From a virus (taxonomy: Duplodnaviria > Heunggongvirae > Uroviricota > Caudoviricetes), in IMG/VR virus record IMGVR_UViG_2740892433_000005, positions 1 to 35,657 of that record: a stretch of 35,657 bases of DNA. One strand, given 5' to 3'. The stretch's first letter is position 1. The number at the start of each line of letters is the position of its first letter. A program made the translations under genes and the position numbers. The notes beneath the pieces were generated by a model, which saw only the letters and a program-made list of their open reading frames with translations, did not search any database and had not been told where the DNA came from. This document shows, one piece after another, positions 9,852-17,705 of the stretch.

Positions 9852-9870
9852 CAGCCGCTACTGGCGGCTG
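9852..9870 (-). other. stem-loop between tail chaperone and tape measure genes
   Basis: cagccgc / gcggctg 7-bp inverted repeat with 5-nt loop in the 75-nt gap before the tape measure start. Confidence 0.3.
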
Positions 9871-9876
9871 TCTGTA

Positions 9877-10134
9877 CTATGATTTGTCGCCGTACTCGCT
9901 TTTGATTTGCTCTTCAGCCTGCTCCAGCCACATCTCCAGATCGTCAGTATCGAGGGCATCAATCTCCCCCGGCTGAAACCGGAACCATCTCGCCAGCAGC
10001 CCCTGCGCCTGCGTCAGCGCCCTGGTTGCTCTCACCCATCCCCGTGATGAGCTGAAATCGTTTCTGTAACTGCAGGTAATCAGCCAGATCCATATTGTCG
10101 AGATCTTCCGGGAGAAGACCAGTACTGCGGGCAA
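9877..10134 (-). CDS. putative frameshift-extended C-terminal segment of the tail assembly chaperone (+1/-2 frame)
   Basis: ORF overlapping the 3' half of the chaperone gene in the +1 frame; its last ~45 codons (..GLLARWFRFQPGEIDALDTDDLEMWLEQAEEQIKSEYGDKS) look protein-like and end 75 nt before the tape measure gene, the classic chaperone-extension position. Confidence 0.35.
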   Translation of the reverse strand: MPAVLVFSRKISTIWIWLITCSYRNDFSSSRGWVRATRALTQAQGLLARWFRFQPGEIDALDTDDLEMWLEQAEEQIKSEYGDKS

Positions 10135-10294
10135 TCAGCGGTTCGTCCCAGTCTGCCGGGTTTTTGCTGATTTTGCGCACCTGCTTCAGGTCTTTTACCG
10201 TCAGGCGTTTCAGTTCAACCAGCTCAATTCTGGTGCCTGCAGCAGTGGTGAAGGGATAAGACAATTTAAAAGTATCGGATGGGGTCTGTGACAT
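9959..10294 (-). CDS. tail assembly chaperone
   Basis: 111-aa acidic ORF between tube-side genes and the tape measure gene; ATG at 10294 with AGGAG 8 nt upstream; overlapping alternate-frame ORF downstream as in G/GT-type chaperones. Confidence 0.55.
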   Translation of the reverse strand: MSQTPSDTFKLSYPFTTAAGTRIELVELKRLTVKDLKQVRKISKNPADWDEPLIARSTGLLPEDLDNMDLADYLQLQKRFQLITGMGESNQGADAGAGAAGEMVPVSAGGD

Positions 10295-10354
10295 GATTGT
10301 GCTCCTGTGTAAGTTCAGGGCAGTATGTCGGGAGAAGCGCGTGACGGATATTAA

Positions 10355-10385
10355 AGGAGATTAAGAAGAAGGGGCCGGAGCCCCT
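10355..10385 (-). terminator. putative partial intrinsic terminator inside the tail operon
   Basis: On the minus strand AGGGGC-UCCG-GCCCCU hairpin (plus 10370-10385) followed by the U-rich run UCUUCUUAAUCUCCU, directly after the stop of the 93-aa ORF and before the chaperone RBS. Confidence 0.35.
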
Positions 10386-10391
10386 GTGATG

Positions 10392-10673
10392 TCAGCAAGT
10401 GCGAAACCCCTTGCAGTTACGCAGGAAAGCGATGAGAAGCGTCTTTCCCTCAGATTTGCCGATGCCGGAGAACCAGTGGTCGGGAGGCTCCCATGCTTCA
10501 ATCAAATCCGCCAGTTTGCGGGCCTTTGAACGTGTGCAGTCAATCGGGTCATTGGTTTTACGGGTATTAAAAAGGGTTTCCACCCCCGGAATATCAAGGA
10601 GGGTAAACCACGTACCATTTGACATGCCCAGTGCCGCACATCGTCCTCCTTTATCCGTCAGTTCAACACTCAC
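10392..10673 (-). CDS. hypothetical protein (GTG start), between tail tube and chaperone genes
   Basis: 93-aa ORF starting 2 nt after the tube gene stop; only a GTG is available at that position (first in-frame ATG is at codon 17); no family recognised. Confidence 0.3.
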   Translation of the reverse strand: MSVELTDKGGRCAALGMSNGTWFTLLDIPGVETLFNTRKTNDPIDCTRSKARKLADLIEAWEPPDHWFSGIGKSEGKTLLIAFLRNCKGFRTC

Positions 10674-10675
10674 CG

Positions 10676-11197
10676 TCAGCCCCCGATATTGATACGGTAG
10701 TCAGTCAGTTGATCAACACCGCCGACCCGGAAGATGTTGGCCAGATAGTCCAGTTGCAGCAGCTCTTCACCATCCAGTACCTGTCTGATATACGTGCAGG
10801 TGAAGCTACTGGAGAACTCGGCGTTCTCGTGCTGTTTGAACGTCCCCAGCGGGTTCTTCTTGAACATAATCGTCAGGAAGGTGACCAGCGGGATTTCGTC
10901 AATCAGCCCCTGCGAGCTGTAGCGCTGGACGCTGGAACGACACTGCAGTGCCAGCGACCTGTACGGGTTCGCGGCAGACAGCATCGCATCGCGGTAAAAG
11001 CTGTTCCATTTGATTTCGCCTTCCAGCTTGTCAAAACCAGCCGGGAGTTCCACCTTACCCACCATCCCCAGCGCCTTGTGTTCCTGCATAATCATGGAGA
11101 CATCGGGGAGTTTGACTTCCTCAGCCCGTCCCAGCAGGTTAGTACCATCCAGATAGATGTTGGCATTCGTGATGCGGTTTATCTCAATCTTTGACAT
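10676..11197 (-). CDS. tail tube protein (Mu gpM-like)
   Basis: 173-aa ORF; ATG at 11197 shares a nucleotide with the sheath gene stop; size and position right after the sheath gene. Confidence 0.6.
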   Translation of the reverse strand: MSKIEINRITNANIYLDGTNLLGRAEEVKLPDVSMIMQEHKALGMVGKVELPAGFDKLEGEIKWNSFYRDAMLSAANPYRSLALQCRSSVQRYSSQGLIDEIPLVTFLTIMFKKNPLGTFKQHENAEFSSSFTCTYIRQVLDGEELLQLDYLANIFRVGGVDQLTDYRINIGG

Positions 11198-12624
11198 CAG
11201 TTGCCCCCTTTCAGGGTTAACAGGTATTCCGAGGTGATCTCAGTCTCAAACGTCAGTCGCTCCAGCGGCGGTGGTGGCGTATATTTGTAGCTCAGCAACA
11301 GGTGCCCGGCGGCCAGCTCCGTCTCCGGATTGCGGGCCGGATCAAACCAGCAACGGAAGCCCAGTACCGCACCATCACCAGTCATTTTGCGACCGTAGGC
11401 GTTGACCGACTCCGTCAGTGCATCAATCAGCGCCTGAGTAATCGGCATGTCGATGTACTGCTGGCTGAAATAACGAATGGACTCGTTGATCACATCACCG
11501 GTGCGGCGAACGTTCTCAAAGTTACGCATATGGGTGACCGTTGGCCATGCTGCCGTCCGGTTACCCCACAGACGAAGGCCGCTGCCGTAACTGCTGAATA
11601 CCGTGGTGATCCCCTGTTCGTTAAGCAGGTTCACCTCACTCTGCGGGTCATCAATCATCGCGGACAGCTGGCGCTCCACGCCGGTGATCCCCAGAATCTC
11701 CTGATTGGAGGATGACCACCAGTAGCCCTTGTCCAGATCGACTCTGGCACGCAGACCTGCTGCACGCTGGCTGAGCGGCTCCAGACGCTCTGTGTTTGTC
11801 ACCGGGTCATATACCTTCACATGCGGATAGCACAGACGGACGCGGTCGGAGCTGGTATTGAAGTTGATGGTGCCTTCCGGGCCACGACCTGCCAGAGCCT
11901 GTGCAAAGGTGGTACCGACAGGCGCATCAATGTAGGTTACCGCGCCCAGCTTCTCTGCCATGGCGATAAGCTCAACTGCGACACTCTTCTGGGTGCAGAA
12001 CACCGGCGCAATCAGAATTTTGGCGAAATAGCCGTACAGGTTGAAGCTGTCGTTAAGCAGCTTCATGCCGGTTCGGTTTCCGGCGCTGTTCACCCCGCCG
12101 ATGATGTCCGCCGCAGTCACCTTCGACGGGTCCGCGTACTCATAGCTCACCTTCACGCTGCCACCGGCCTCAATAGCCTTGCCCAGGTTCGTGAGCACAC
12201 CCGCCTGCGCATCAACACGGTAGTCCGTGTTCGCCGTGTGGGTGGTGCTGCCTTCACTGTTTTTCACCACCACATTAGCGACAACCGGATGCGCCAGTCT
12301 GGCCTGCCCTGTCGATTTGTCAAAGGTAACCACCTCATCCTCGATCGCCGTTTTATGTTTCGCCGGGTCGAGGACGTTAATGACCAGAACGGTGCCTGCA
12401 CCATGGTCATAAATCGCATCCAGCGCCTGCGGAATGGTAAAGCCGGTGAACTGGCTGCCAAATGCCGCTGCGTCTTTCTCAGACAGGCACTGTACCAGCG
12501 TATTGACATCCCCCATCGGGGCGGTACCAATCAGGCCAATAACGGCAGATTTCACCGTTTTAACCGGGCGGGCTCCGTTTTCCACCTCAATGGTTTCGGG
12601 ACCATGCAGATAGTTAGCTGCCAT
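11197..12624 (-). CDS. tail sheath protein (Mu gpL-like)
   Basis: 475-aa ORF; size and placement upstream of the tube gene; composition typical of contractile sheath proteins. Confidence 0.75.
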   Translation of the reverse strand: MAANYLHGPETIEVENGARPVKTVKSAVIGLIGTAPMGDVNTLVQCLSEKDAAAFGSQFTGFTIPQALDAIYDHGAGTVLVINVLDPAKHKTAIEDEVVTFDKSTGQARLAHPVVANVVVKNSEGSTTHTANTDYRVDAQAGVLTNLGKAIEAGGSVKVSYEYADPSKVTAADIIGGVNSAGNRTGMKLLNDSFNLYGYFAKILIAPVFCTQKSVAVELIAMAEKLGAVTYIDAPVGTTFAQALAGRGPEGTINFNTSSDRVRLCYPHVKVYDPVTNTERLEPLSQRAAGLRARVDLDKGYWWSSSNQEILGITGVERQLSAMIDDPQSEVNLLNEQGITTVFSSYGSGLRLWGNRTAAWPTVTHMRNFENVRRTGDVINESIRYFSQQYIDMPITQALIDALTESVNAYGRKMTGDGAVLGFRCWFDPARNPETELAAGHLLLSYKYTPPPPLERLTFETEITSEYLLTLKGGN

Positions 12625-12865
12625 GGGCGTCCTCCGTTTTCACTTCGCTGTCACTGCTGCTTCTGCGCTTTGGTGACTGCACAGCCGGTGTGACGGCGGG
12701 TTTAGTATCTTCTGGTACCGGCGTCAGATGCTTCAGCGCCACCAGTACCTTCACGTAGTCATGCTCCTCCGGCAGGGAAACCGTCTTCCCCGGCCAGAGC
12801 AGGATTTCGGTTCCGTCCGACAGCGTGACGCCGCTGGCCGGGCCGGAATAGCGGTATTCTTTCAT
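12614..12865 (-). CDS. small conserved phage protein (Mu gp38-like by position)
   Basis: ~83-aa ORF; ATG at 12865 overlaps the upstream gene stop; sits between head-completion genes and the sheath gene. Confidence 0.35.
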   Translation of the reverse strand: MKEYRYSGPASGVTLSDGTEILLWPGKTVSLPEEHDYVKVLVALKHLTPVPEDTKPAVTPAVQSPKRRSSSDSEVKTEDAHGS

Positions 12866-13329
12866 CACTCGCTTTCCTCATAGTTCACTTCGGTTAACAG
12901 CGGGCCGGACGGTAAATCGCTGTCTTCGATAAAGATGCTTTCAGTCGCGAAGTCGAGGGCGTATTGCCACAGCCCCCTGACTTCACCGATAAACACCTCG
13001 CGGGTCAGCCAGATACGGCAGCGGCACCCGGGCGGGGTGTGGCCACCGAGAATGCGGCGGACAGCATCCAGGACATTAATCGCCCCTTTTTTACCGTTGA
13101 GCTGGCGGAAGACCACCGTGACGCAGAGCTGGATAGTCTGAGACTGGATCACCGCACCGGTATCATCCGGCCTGTCAAAGCGCGAACCGGCATAGCTCAG
13201 CAGCAACGCGCCAACCGGATGGTTCAGGCGATATTCAGCCGGTTTCTCCGGGAAGTACTCCACCTGCAGTTGCGGCAGCTTCTCGCGTAACCGGGCCAGC
13301 ACCGCATCAAGGACGGGCAGAACGTTCAT
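12865..13329 (-). CDS. head-tail joining region protein (Mu gp37-like by position)
   Basis: 154-aa ORF in the gp36/gp37 slot between capsid and sheath genes; translationally coupled to its neighbours. Confidence 0.4.
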   Translation of the reverse strand: MNVLPVLDAVLARLREKLPQLQVEYFPEKPAEYRLNHPVGALLLSYAGSRFDRPDDTGAVIQSQTIQLCVTVVFRQLNGKKGAINVLDAVRRILGGHTPPGCRCRIWLTREVFIGEVRGLWQYALDFATESIFIEDSDLPSGPLLTEVNYEESE

Positions 13330-13775
13330 CAGTATTTCTCCAGTAAACCGTCACGACCGCCGAAAGTAGCCGGGCGACTGCGTACACGAAACTCGCCAGG
13401 CTCAGGCACATCTTTCTGAGTGGACGGCAGCCCCAGCGTGAGCCTGTTATCACGTAACTCCCTGAGTTGCCGCAGCGCTTCTTTGTGGTCATCCTTCACC
13501 GTATCCGGGAGGTCACCTTCCGGGCGGCGGGCGTAGAGCCGGTAACGGACCAGCGTGATGGCAATGTCCCGCAGAACAGTCGGTATCTCTGCCAGTGGCA
13601 GGATATAGCGTCCGCGCAGATGGGCATCAATCAGCTCGTCGGCATAGCGGATACAGCTGTCCACCACACGGGTATTCACTGTTGCAGGTGAGTCGAAGTC
13701 CATCTCTTCACTGGTGAGCTCGATAAGCGTCCGCTCCGGCACCTGCGCAAGCAAATCCTCCAGGGTGCAGTACAT
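13329..13775 (-). CDS. head-tail joining region protein (Mu gp36-like by position)
   Basis: ORF track 13329..13937 begins with TTG and overlaps the upstream gene; the in-frame ATG at 13775 (MYCTLEDLL..) lies 2 nt after the upstream stop and is the likely start. Confidence 0.4.
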   Translation of the reverse strand: MYCTLEDLLAQVPERTLIELTSEEMDFDSPATVNTRVVDSCIRYADELIDAHLRGRYILPLAEIPTVLRDIAITLVRYRLYARRPEGDLPDTVKDDHKEALRQLRELRDNRLTLGLPSTQKDVPEPGEFRVRSRPATFGGRDGLLEKY

Positions 13776-13776
13776 G

Positions 13777-14115
13777 TCACACCCCGCGCAGGATACGAAT
13801 GACGTCGCCTTCACCCCCGGCTTCATCAAGTGCAATACCACAGGATTTACCGTCGCCGGACTGCGGCACGGCTCTGGCCTGAGCATCTGACTGAACAGCC
13901 ACACCACGGCTGACAGCGGCCCCGGCCTCGACAGCAATAATGCCCAGAACGCTCACCGGCGTGCTGTCGCCGGTAACAGCATCCACTTCGGCAACCCCGA
14001 GCGCTGCGGCACCGGCTTTACAGGGGGTATTATCTGCCCCGACAAAACGCTGCTGTGCCAGTGCTGCCCCTGCCGTTACGGTTGTGATCAGAATGACCTG
14101 CTGAGTGGTTCCCAT
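13777..14115 (-). CDS. small Ala/Gly-rich head protein (DUF2190-like decoration/cement candidate)
   Basis: 112-aa Ala/Gly/Val-rich ORF immediately downstream of the major capsid gene; AAGGAGG upstream of the ATG at 14115. Confidence 0.4.
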   Translation of the reverse strand: MGTTQQVILITTVTAGAALAQQRFVGADNTPCKAGAAALGVAEVDAVTGDSTPVSVLGIIAVEAGAAVSRGVAVQSDAQARAVPQSGDGKSCGIALDEAGGEGDVIRILRGV

Positions 14116-14124
14116 AACGCCTCC

Positions 14125-15078
14125 TTATTTACTGATACCGGTAATGAGATACCCGGCATCGCCACCAACCACGGCGACTTTGTAGATATCGGTATAACGG
14201 CAGTACTTCACCTTGCCACCGGCTCCGTCGTATTTGTCGGCAACAGGCATCCCCTTACGACGCAGGGTGTAGCCGAAGGACGGCTCGTTCTCGTCCGCGC
14301 TGTCCGCCCCCGGCTGCGGTTTGCCGACATAGTGCAGCATCAGATTGTCTCCCCAGATATCCGCCGGCACGCTGTTCTTATCCATTGCCGCTTTCATGGA
14401 CGGCAGGGAGACTGGGGCACCGATGACGATCTCTTCGATCTGAAAGAGGTCCTGCAGGATTTCTGTGGTGATGCGCTTGCGTTCGTTGGCTCCGATGGCG
14501 GCCTGAATCGCCGGGTGGAACTTCAGCAGCGCCATCACGCCGGCCCCCATGGTCATCAGGTTAGGACGCAGCCCCGTGGCCGTACGGACCGCTTCCATAC
14601 CGGCTTCAATCACCCCGATGGGGTCCCCCTTACCACCGGCCCAGCGATCACTGGCTGTCAGTTTTTTGACGTGCCCGGTACGGTAGACCTTTTCATCCTG
14701 AGCCAGACGGGCAGCGATAAGTTCACGGCGCAGGTTCACGCCATTCGTGGCGCGACGGATGGCCTTGCTCTCTTCGTTAAACATGGACTCCGCCTGCTCG
14801 CGATAGTCCACCGGCGCAGCCAGATCGTGTTCACCCAGCACCAGGTCCAGCGTGCCTGTTTTTTCACGGACCAGAACATTGCTGTCCGCCCCGACGGCAC
14901 GCTCGGTGTCATATTCCACAAAGGCGGTTTTCCCGAAGGTCGGTACACGCACGCCTTCCTTGTCCGTCAGCACGACGGGGAAAATACGTTCGCCGATGAA
15001 TGCGGCATTTTTATAGCCACGGGCGATACTGGTCAGTACCGGATCAACGACACGTTTACCTTTTAAGTAATCAGACAT
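14125..15078 (-). CDS. major capsid protein (Mu T-like)
   Basis: 317-aa ORF with AAGGAG RBS; position after the protease/scaffold gene and size match Mu major head subunit. Confidence 0.65.
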   Translation of the reverse strand: MSDYLKGKRVVDPVLTSIARGYKNAAFIGERIFPVVLTDKEGVRVPTFGKTAFVEYDTERAVGADSNVLVREKTGTLDLVLGEHDLAAPVDYREQAESMFNEESKAIRRATNGVNLRRELIAARLAQDEKVYRTGHVKKLTASDRWAGGKGDPIGVIEAGMEAVRTATGLRPNLMTMGAGVMALLKFHPAIQAAIGANERKRITTEILQDLFQIEEIVIGAPVSLPSMKAAMDKNSVPADIWGDNLMLHYVGKPQPGADSADENEPSFGYTLRRKGMPVADKYDGAGGKVKYCRYTDIYKVAVVGGDAGYLITGISK

Positions 15079-15092
15079 GCTCTCTCCTTAAA

Positions 15093-16208
15093 TTACAGGC
15101 AGCGTGCGACAGCAGCCTCATAGCTGATGCCTTCTTTTTTGGACAGGGCCACTGCTTTCTGATGCAGGGCCAGACGCTCAGGATCGGCTTCCGCAAACTC
15201 TGCCACATCCACCTTCACCGTGTCGCCGACACGCTCTTTTGTGGCCTGTTCGGCGAAATTCATCACCGGCTCCCCGTCGGAGAGCAATGAACGAAAGGCG
15301 GTGGCCAGCGGTGTGCGGCTTTCCCCCTCAGCAAACTCCACCGGCTTGTCGCCACCGGCGACGGCATCCAGCAGGGCAACCACCACGGAGGAGGCGCGGG
15401 GAGCCAGACGGCCCTCTGCGACCAGTTTTTCTGCAAAGGCCACATTGTCCTTATGCAGTTGCTCCTGTCTGACCTGTGCATCACGCGCATCGCGATCAGC
15501 AGCCTGCTGCTTCAGGCGGCGGTTCTCCTCCTGAAGGGCTTCAATCTCTTCTTTTGTCATCGATGATTCCTCGTTACTTGCGGAAGACGGCCCCGGGCCT
15601 GTCTCACTGAATTGTGCACCTGCTGCATCCTGCGACAGTGTGTCGCGGTACGCCTCTTCGCGCAGACTGTTGAGCTGCCATTCCGGCAGGACTTTTTCTG
15701 CCTCGTCCAGACTGAAGCGGGCGATCAGAAAATCGCGCAGCTTTCCCCACAGGGAGGCATTCGTGATGGCCTGCCAGTCGGCGAACTCCACCACACCTTC
15801 TTCCTGCTCACTGAAGGACACCTGTTTCAGCCCCTTGACGGAAGGTGGCTGTGCCCCGAGAAAGCCCACATGGCGAAGGTAGAGCACGCCGGGCTTCGGA
15901 TTGGACGGTGAATCCGGGAGGTAGAAAGAGGCGGACACTTTTTTGAATCGTCCGTCGGTGACCATCTCAGCAAACTGCGGGTCCAGCTGGGCAGGCTCTG
16001 CCATCAGATCGACGCCGCTGAGCGACAGGGCTTTCACCCAGCCCCACGCCGGGTCTTCCGTTCTGGGATGACCAATCACGAGTGGTGCTTCATGGACGGA
16101 CGGGTCATAGGCTTTCACGCAGGCGGCAAGATCGTCTGGCGTGAACGGCAGTTTTTTGCCGTGCATATCGGTATGAGTACCGGCTTTAAAAATGTGAATG
16201 GCTGACAT
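15093..16208 (-). CDS. head maturation protease / scaffold protein (Mu I-like)
   Basis: 371-aa ORF; acidic coiled-coil C-terminal half (..EEIEALQEENRRLKQQAADRDARDAQVRQEQ..) typical of a scaffold domain; located just upstream of the capsid gene. Confidence 0.6.
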   Translation of the reverse strand: MSAIHIFKAGTHTDMHGKKLPFTPDDLAACVKAYDPSVHEAPLVIGHPRTEDPAWGWVKALSLSGVDLMAEPAQLDPQFAEMVTDGRFKKVSASFYLPDSPSNPKPGVLYLRHVGFLGAQPPSVKGLKQVSFSEQEEGVVEFADWQAITNASLWGKLRDFLIARFSLDEAEKVLPEWQLNSLREEAYRDTLSQDAAGAQFSETGPGPSSASNEESSMTKEEIEALQEENRRLKQQAADRDARDAQVRQEQLHKDNVAFAEKLVAEGRLAPRASSVVVALLDAVAGGDKPVEFAEGESRTPLATAFRSLLSDGEPVMNFAEQATKERVGDTVKVDVAEFAEADPERLALHQKAVALSKKEGISYEAAVARCL

Positions 16209-16335
16209 TTTGCTGTCCCGCGTTATGTTGTCGGAGACAGTTTGTGAGAAATGCAGGCCCGGCGATTTTAATCTGCTTTAGAAAACATCAGGGGAGAAGG
16301 ACAGGGAAAGCAATGCGGTGAACCGGAGGCGGTTA

Positions 16336-16376
16336 TAAAACAGAGGCTGTAAAGCCTTTATAAAGGTAATACAGCC
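16336..16376 (-). terminator. putative terminator-like structure after the G-like gene
   Basis: ggctgta / tacagcc stem (16345-16351 with 16370-16376) enclosing the palindrome CCTTTATAAAGG (16355-16366); on the minus strand it is followed by UCUGUUUUAU. Confidence 0.3.
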
Positions 16377-16422
16377 CCTCATTCGCTGGCAATGATAAAT
16401 CACCCGCCTGAAGAGAGAAAAC

Positions 16423-16881
16423 TCAGCGACGGGCCGCTGATTCAAGATGGCGGACAATGGTATCGAGGATGGGGATTACCACTTCAGGCTGTAGTTCTCC
16501 ATCCCCCGTCACCGGCAGGAACGGGCGGGCCGGAAGTTCAACAGACTCATTACGCCCCGTTTTACCCCCGAACTGGTGAATGGCACCGTAAACAACGTTG
16601 GTCCCCACAACAGCCTGCCGGTCGTCATGGTCGGTTGATACTGACCCCATCAGACGCCCGGTATCCTGCAGTGTCTGCCCGTCACGTTCTTCCGCTGCCA
16701 GCGAGGGCATCCACCCCGGACGCCCCTCATCAAGAAAGTTAAACTGTGTTTCCGCCAGCAGGGTTCCGGCGATTTTGCGCATCGCGGGCTCCAGGTCTGT
16801 GGCAGCAAGATCCAGCGCACGGAGGCTCCGGCGCAGGGACTTATCGTTAATGGTGATACTGACCAGGTTATCGGAAGCCAT
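16423..16881 (-). CDS. virion morphogenesis protein (Mu G-like)
   Basis: 152-aa ORF following the F-like gene with a 2-nt gap; GAGG upstream; size and position match Mu gene G. Confidence 0.55.
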   Translation of the reverse strand: MASDNLVSITINDKSLRRSLRALDLAATDLEPAMRKIAGTLLAETQFNFLDEGRPGWMPSLAAEERDGQTLQDTGRLMGSVSTDHDDRQAVVGTNVVYGAIHQFGGKTGRNESVELPARPFLPVTGDGELQPEVVIPILDTIVRHLESAARR

Positions 16882-16883
16882 TG

Positions 16884-17705
16884 TTATCCTCTCAGTTCCT
16901 GTTGTGCCAGTGGCTGAAGCGTACCCTGATAGCGGGCCAGGTCGGGACGGTATGCTGCCCCCGGTGCATAAGACCAGCCGACGTCGGTGGTCACCTTCGT
17001 GGTGCCGGTATTAAAGGTGGCCACGTTCCGCATTTCGCCGGTTTTCTCTGAGACCAGTTTCAGTTCCTGGCCCATGGCAGAGCCGGAGCTGATAACCTTC
17101 AGGCCACGGGCACGGACATCCGCCGCACTCAGGGCAATCACACTACAGCGGCAGCGCCAGCCGTTCGGCGGGTAAAATGCCTGCCAGAACGGGTCATCCC
17201 AGCGCAGCACCAGACCATGCAGCGCCAGATGGCTCCTGCGGGTATGGCTGTCGTTGATGCCGGTATACATCCAGTACGGCCTGTCGTCGACGTTTTCCAT
17301 CTGCTCCGCCCAACGACCGGCGCTGTAGAGTACGGACATATTGGTGCGAAAGATGGTGTCGAGCCGCCACGGGCTGCCCTGCTGAATGGTGACCGGCTCA
17401 CCCGTTACCGGGTCAGTCGTGTCACGTGGTCCCCACCATCCCTTACGCTTCAGCACCGGCTCCAGCTCCTGCCGGAACCAGCGATCGGTTTTTCCTTCAT
17501 CGACAGCCTGCTGCAGTGCCCCGCGAATATCTTCCAGGATATCCAGGCGGGTCACTTTAGCGACGGTAAAGGCGCGGGCATGGGCTTCCTGCCACATTTC
17601 TTCCCAGTCCCAGGTAATCTGATACCCTTTGGACTTCAGGTAACTGACTGCCCGCTTCGGGGGAAGCGTCATGCAGTACGCCAGTTCAGCCGTTGTCACG
17701 CTCAT
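16884..17705 (-). CDS. head morphogenesis protein (Mu F / gp30-like)
   Basis: ORF track 16884..17732; in-frame ATG at 17705 (MSVTTAELAY..) overlaps the portal gene end by 20 nt; follows the portal gene as Mu F does. Confidence 0.65.
   Translation of the reverse strand: MSVTTAELAYCMTLPPKRAVSYLKSKGYQITWDWEEMWQEAHARAFTVAKVTRLDILEDIRGALQQAVDEGKTDRWFRQELEPVLKRKGWWGPRDTTDPVTGEPVTIQQGSPWRLDTIFRTNMSVLYSAGRWAEQMENVDDRPYWMYTGINDSHTRRSHLALHGLVLRWDDPFWQAFYPPNGWRCRCSVIALSAADVRARGLKVISSGSAMGQELKLVSEKTGEMRNVATFNTGTTKVTTDVGWSYAPGAAYRPDLARYQGTLQPLAQQELRG

Noticed and set aside
11821-12693. 290-aa plus-strand ORF
   Set aside because: Antisense to the tail sheath gene; no RBS and an Arg-rich low-complexity product.
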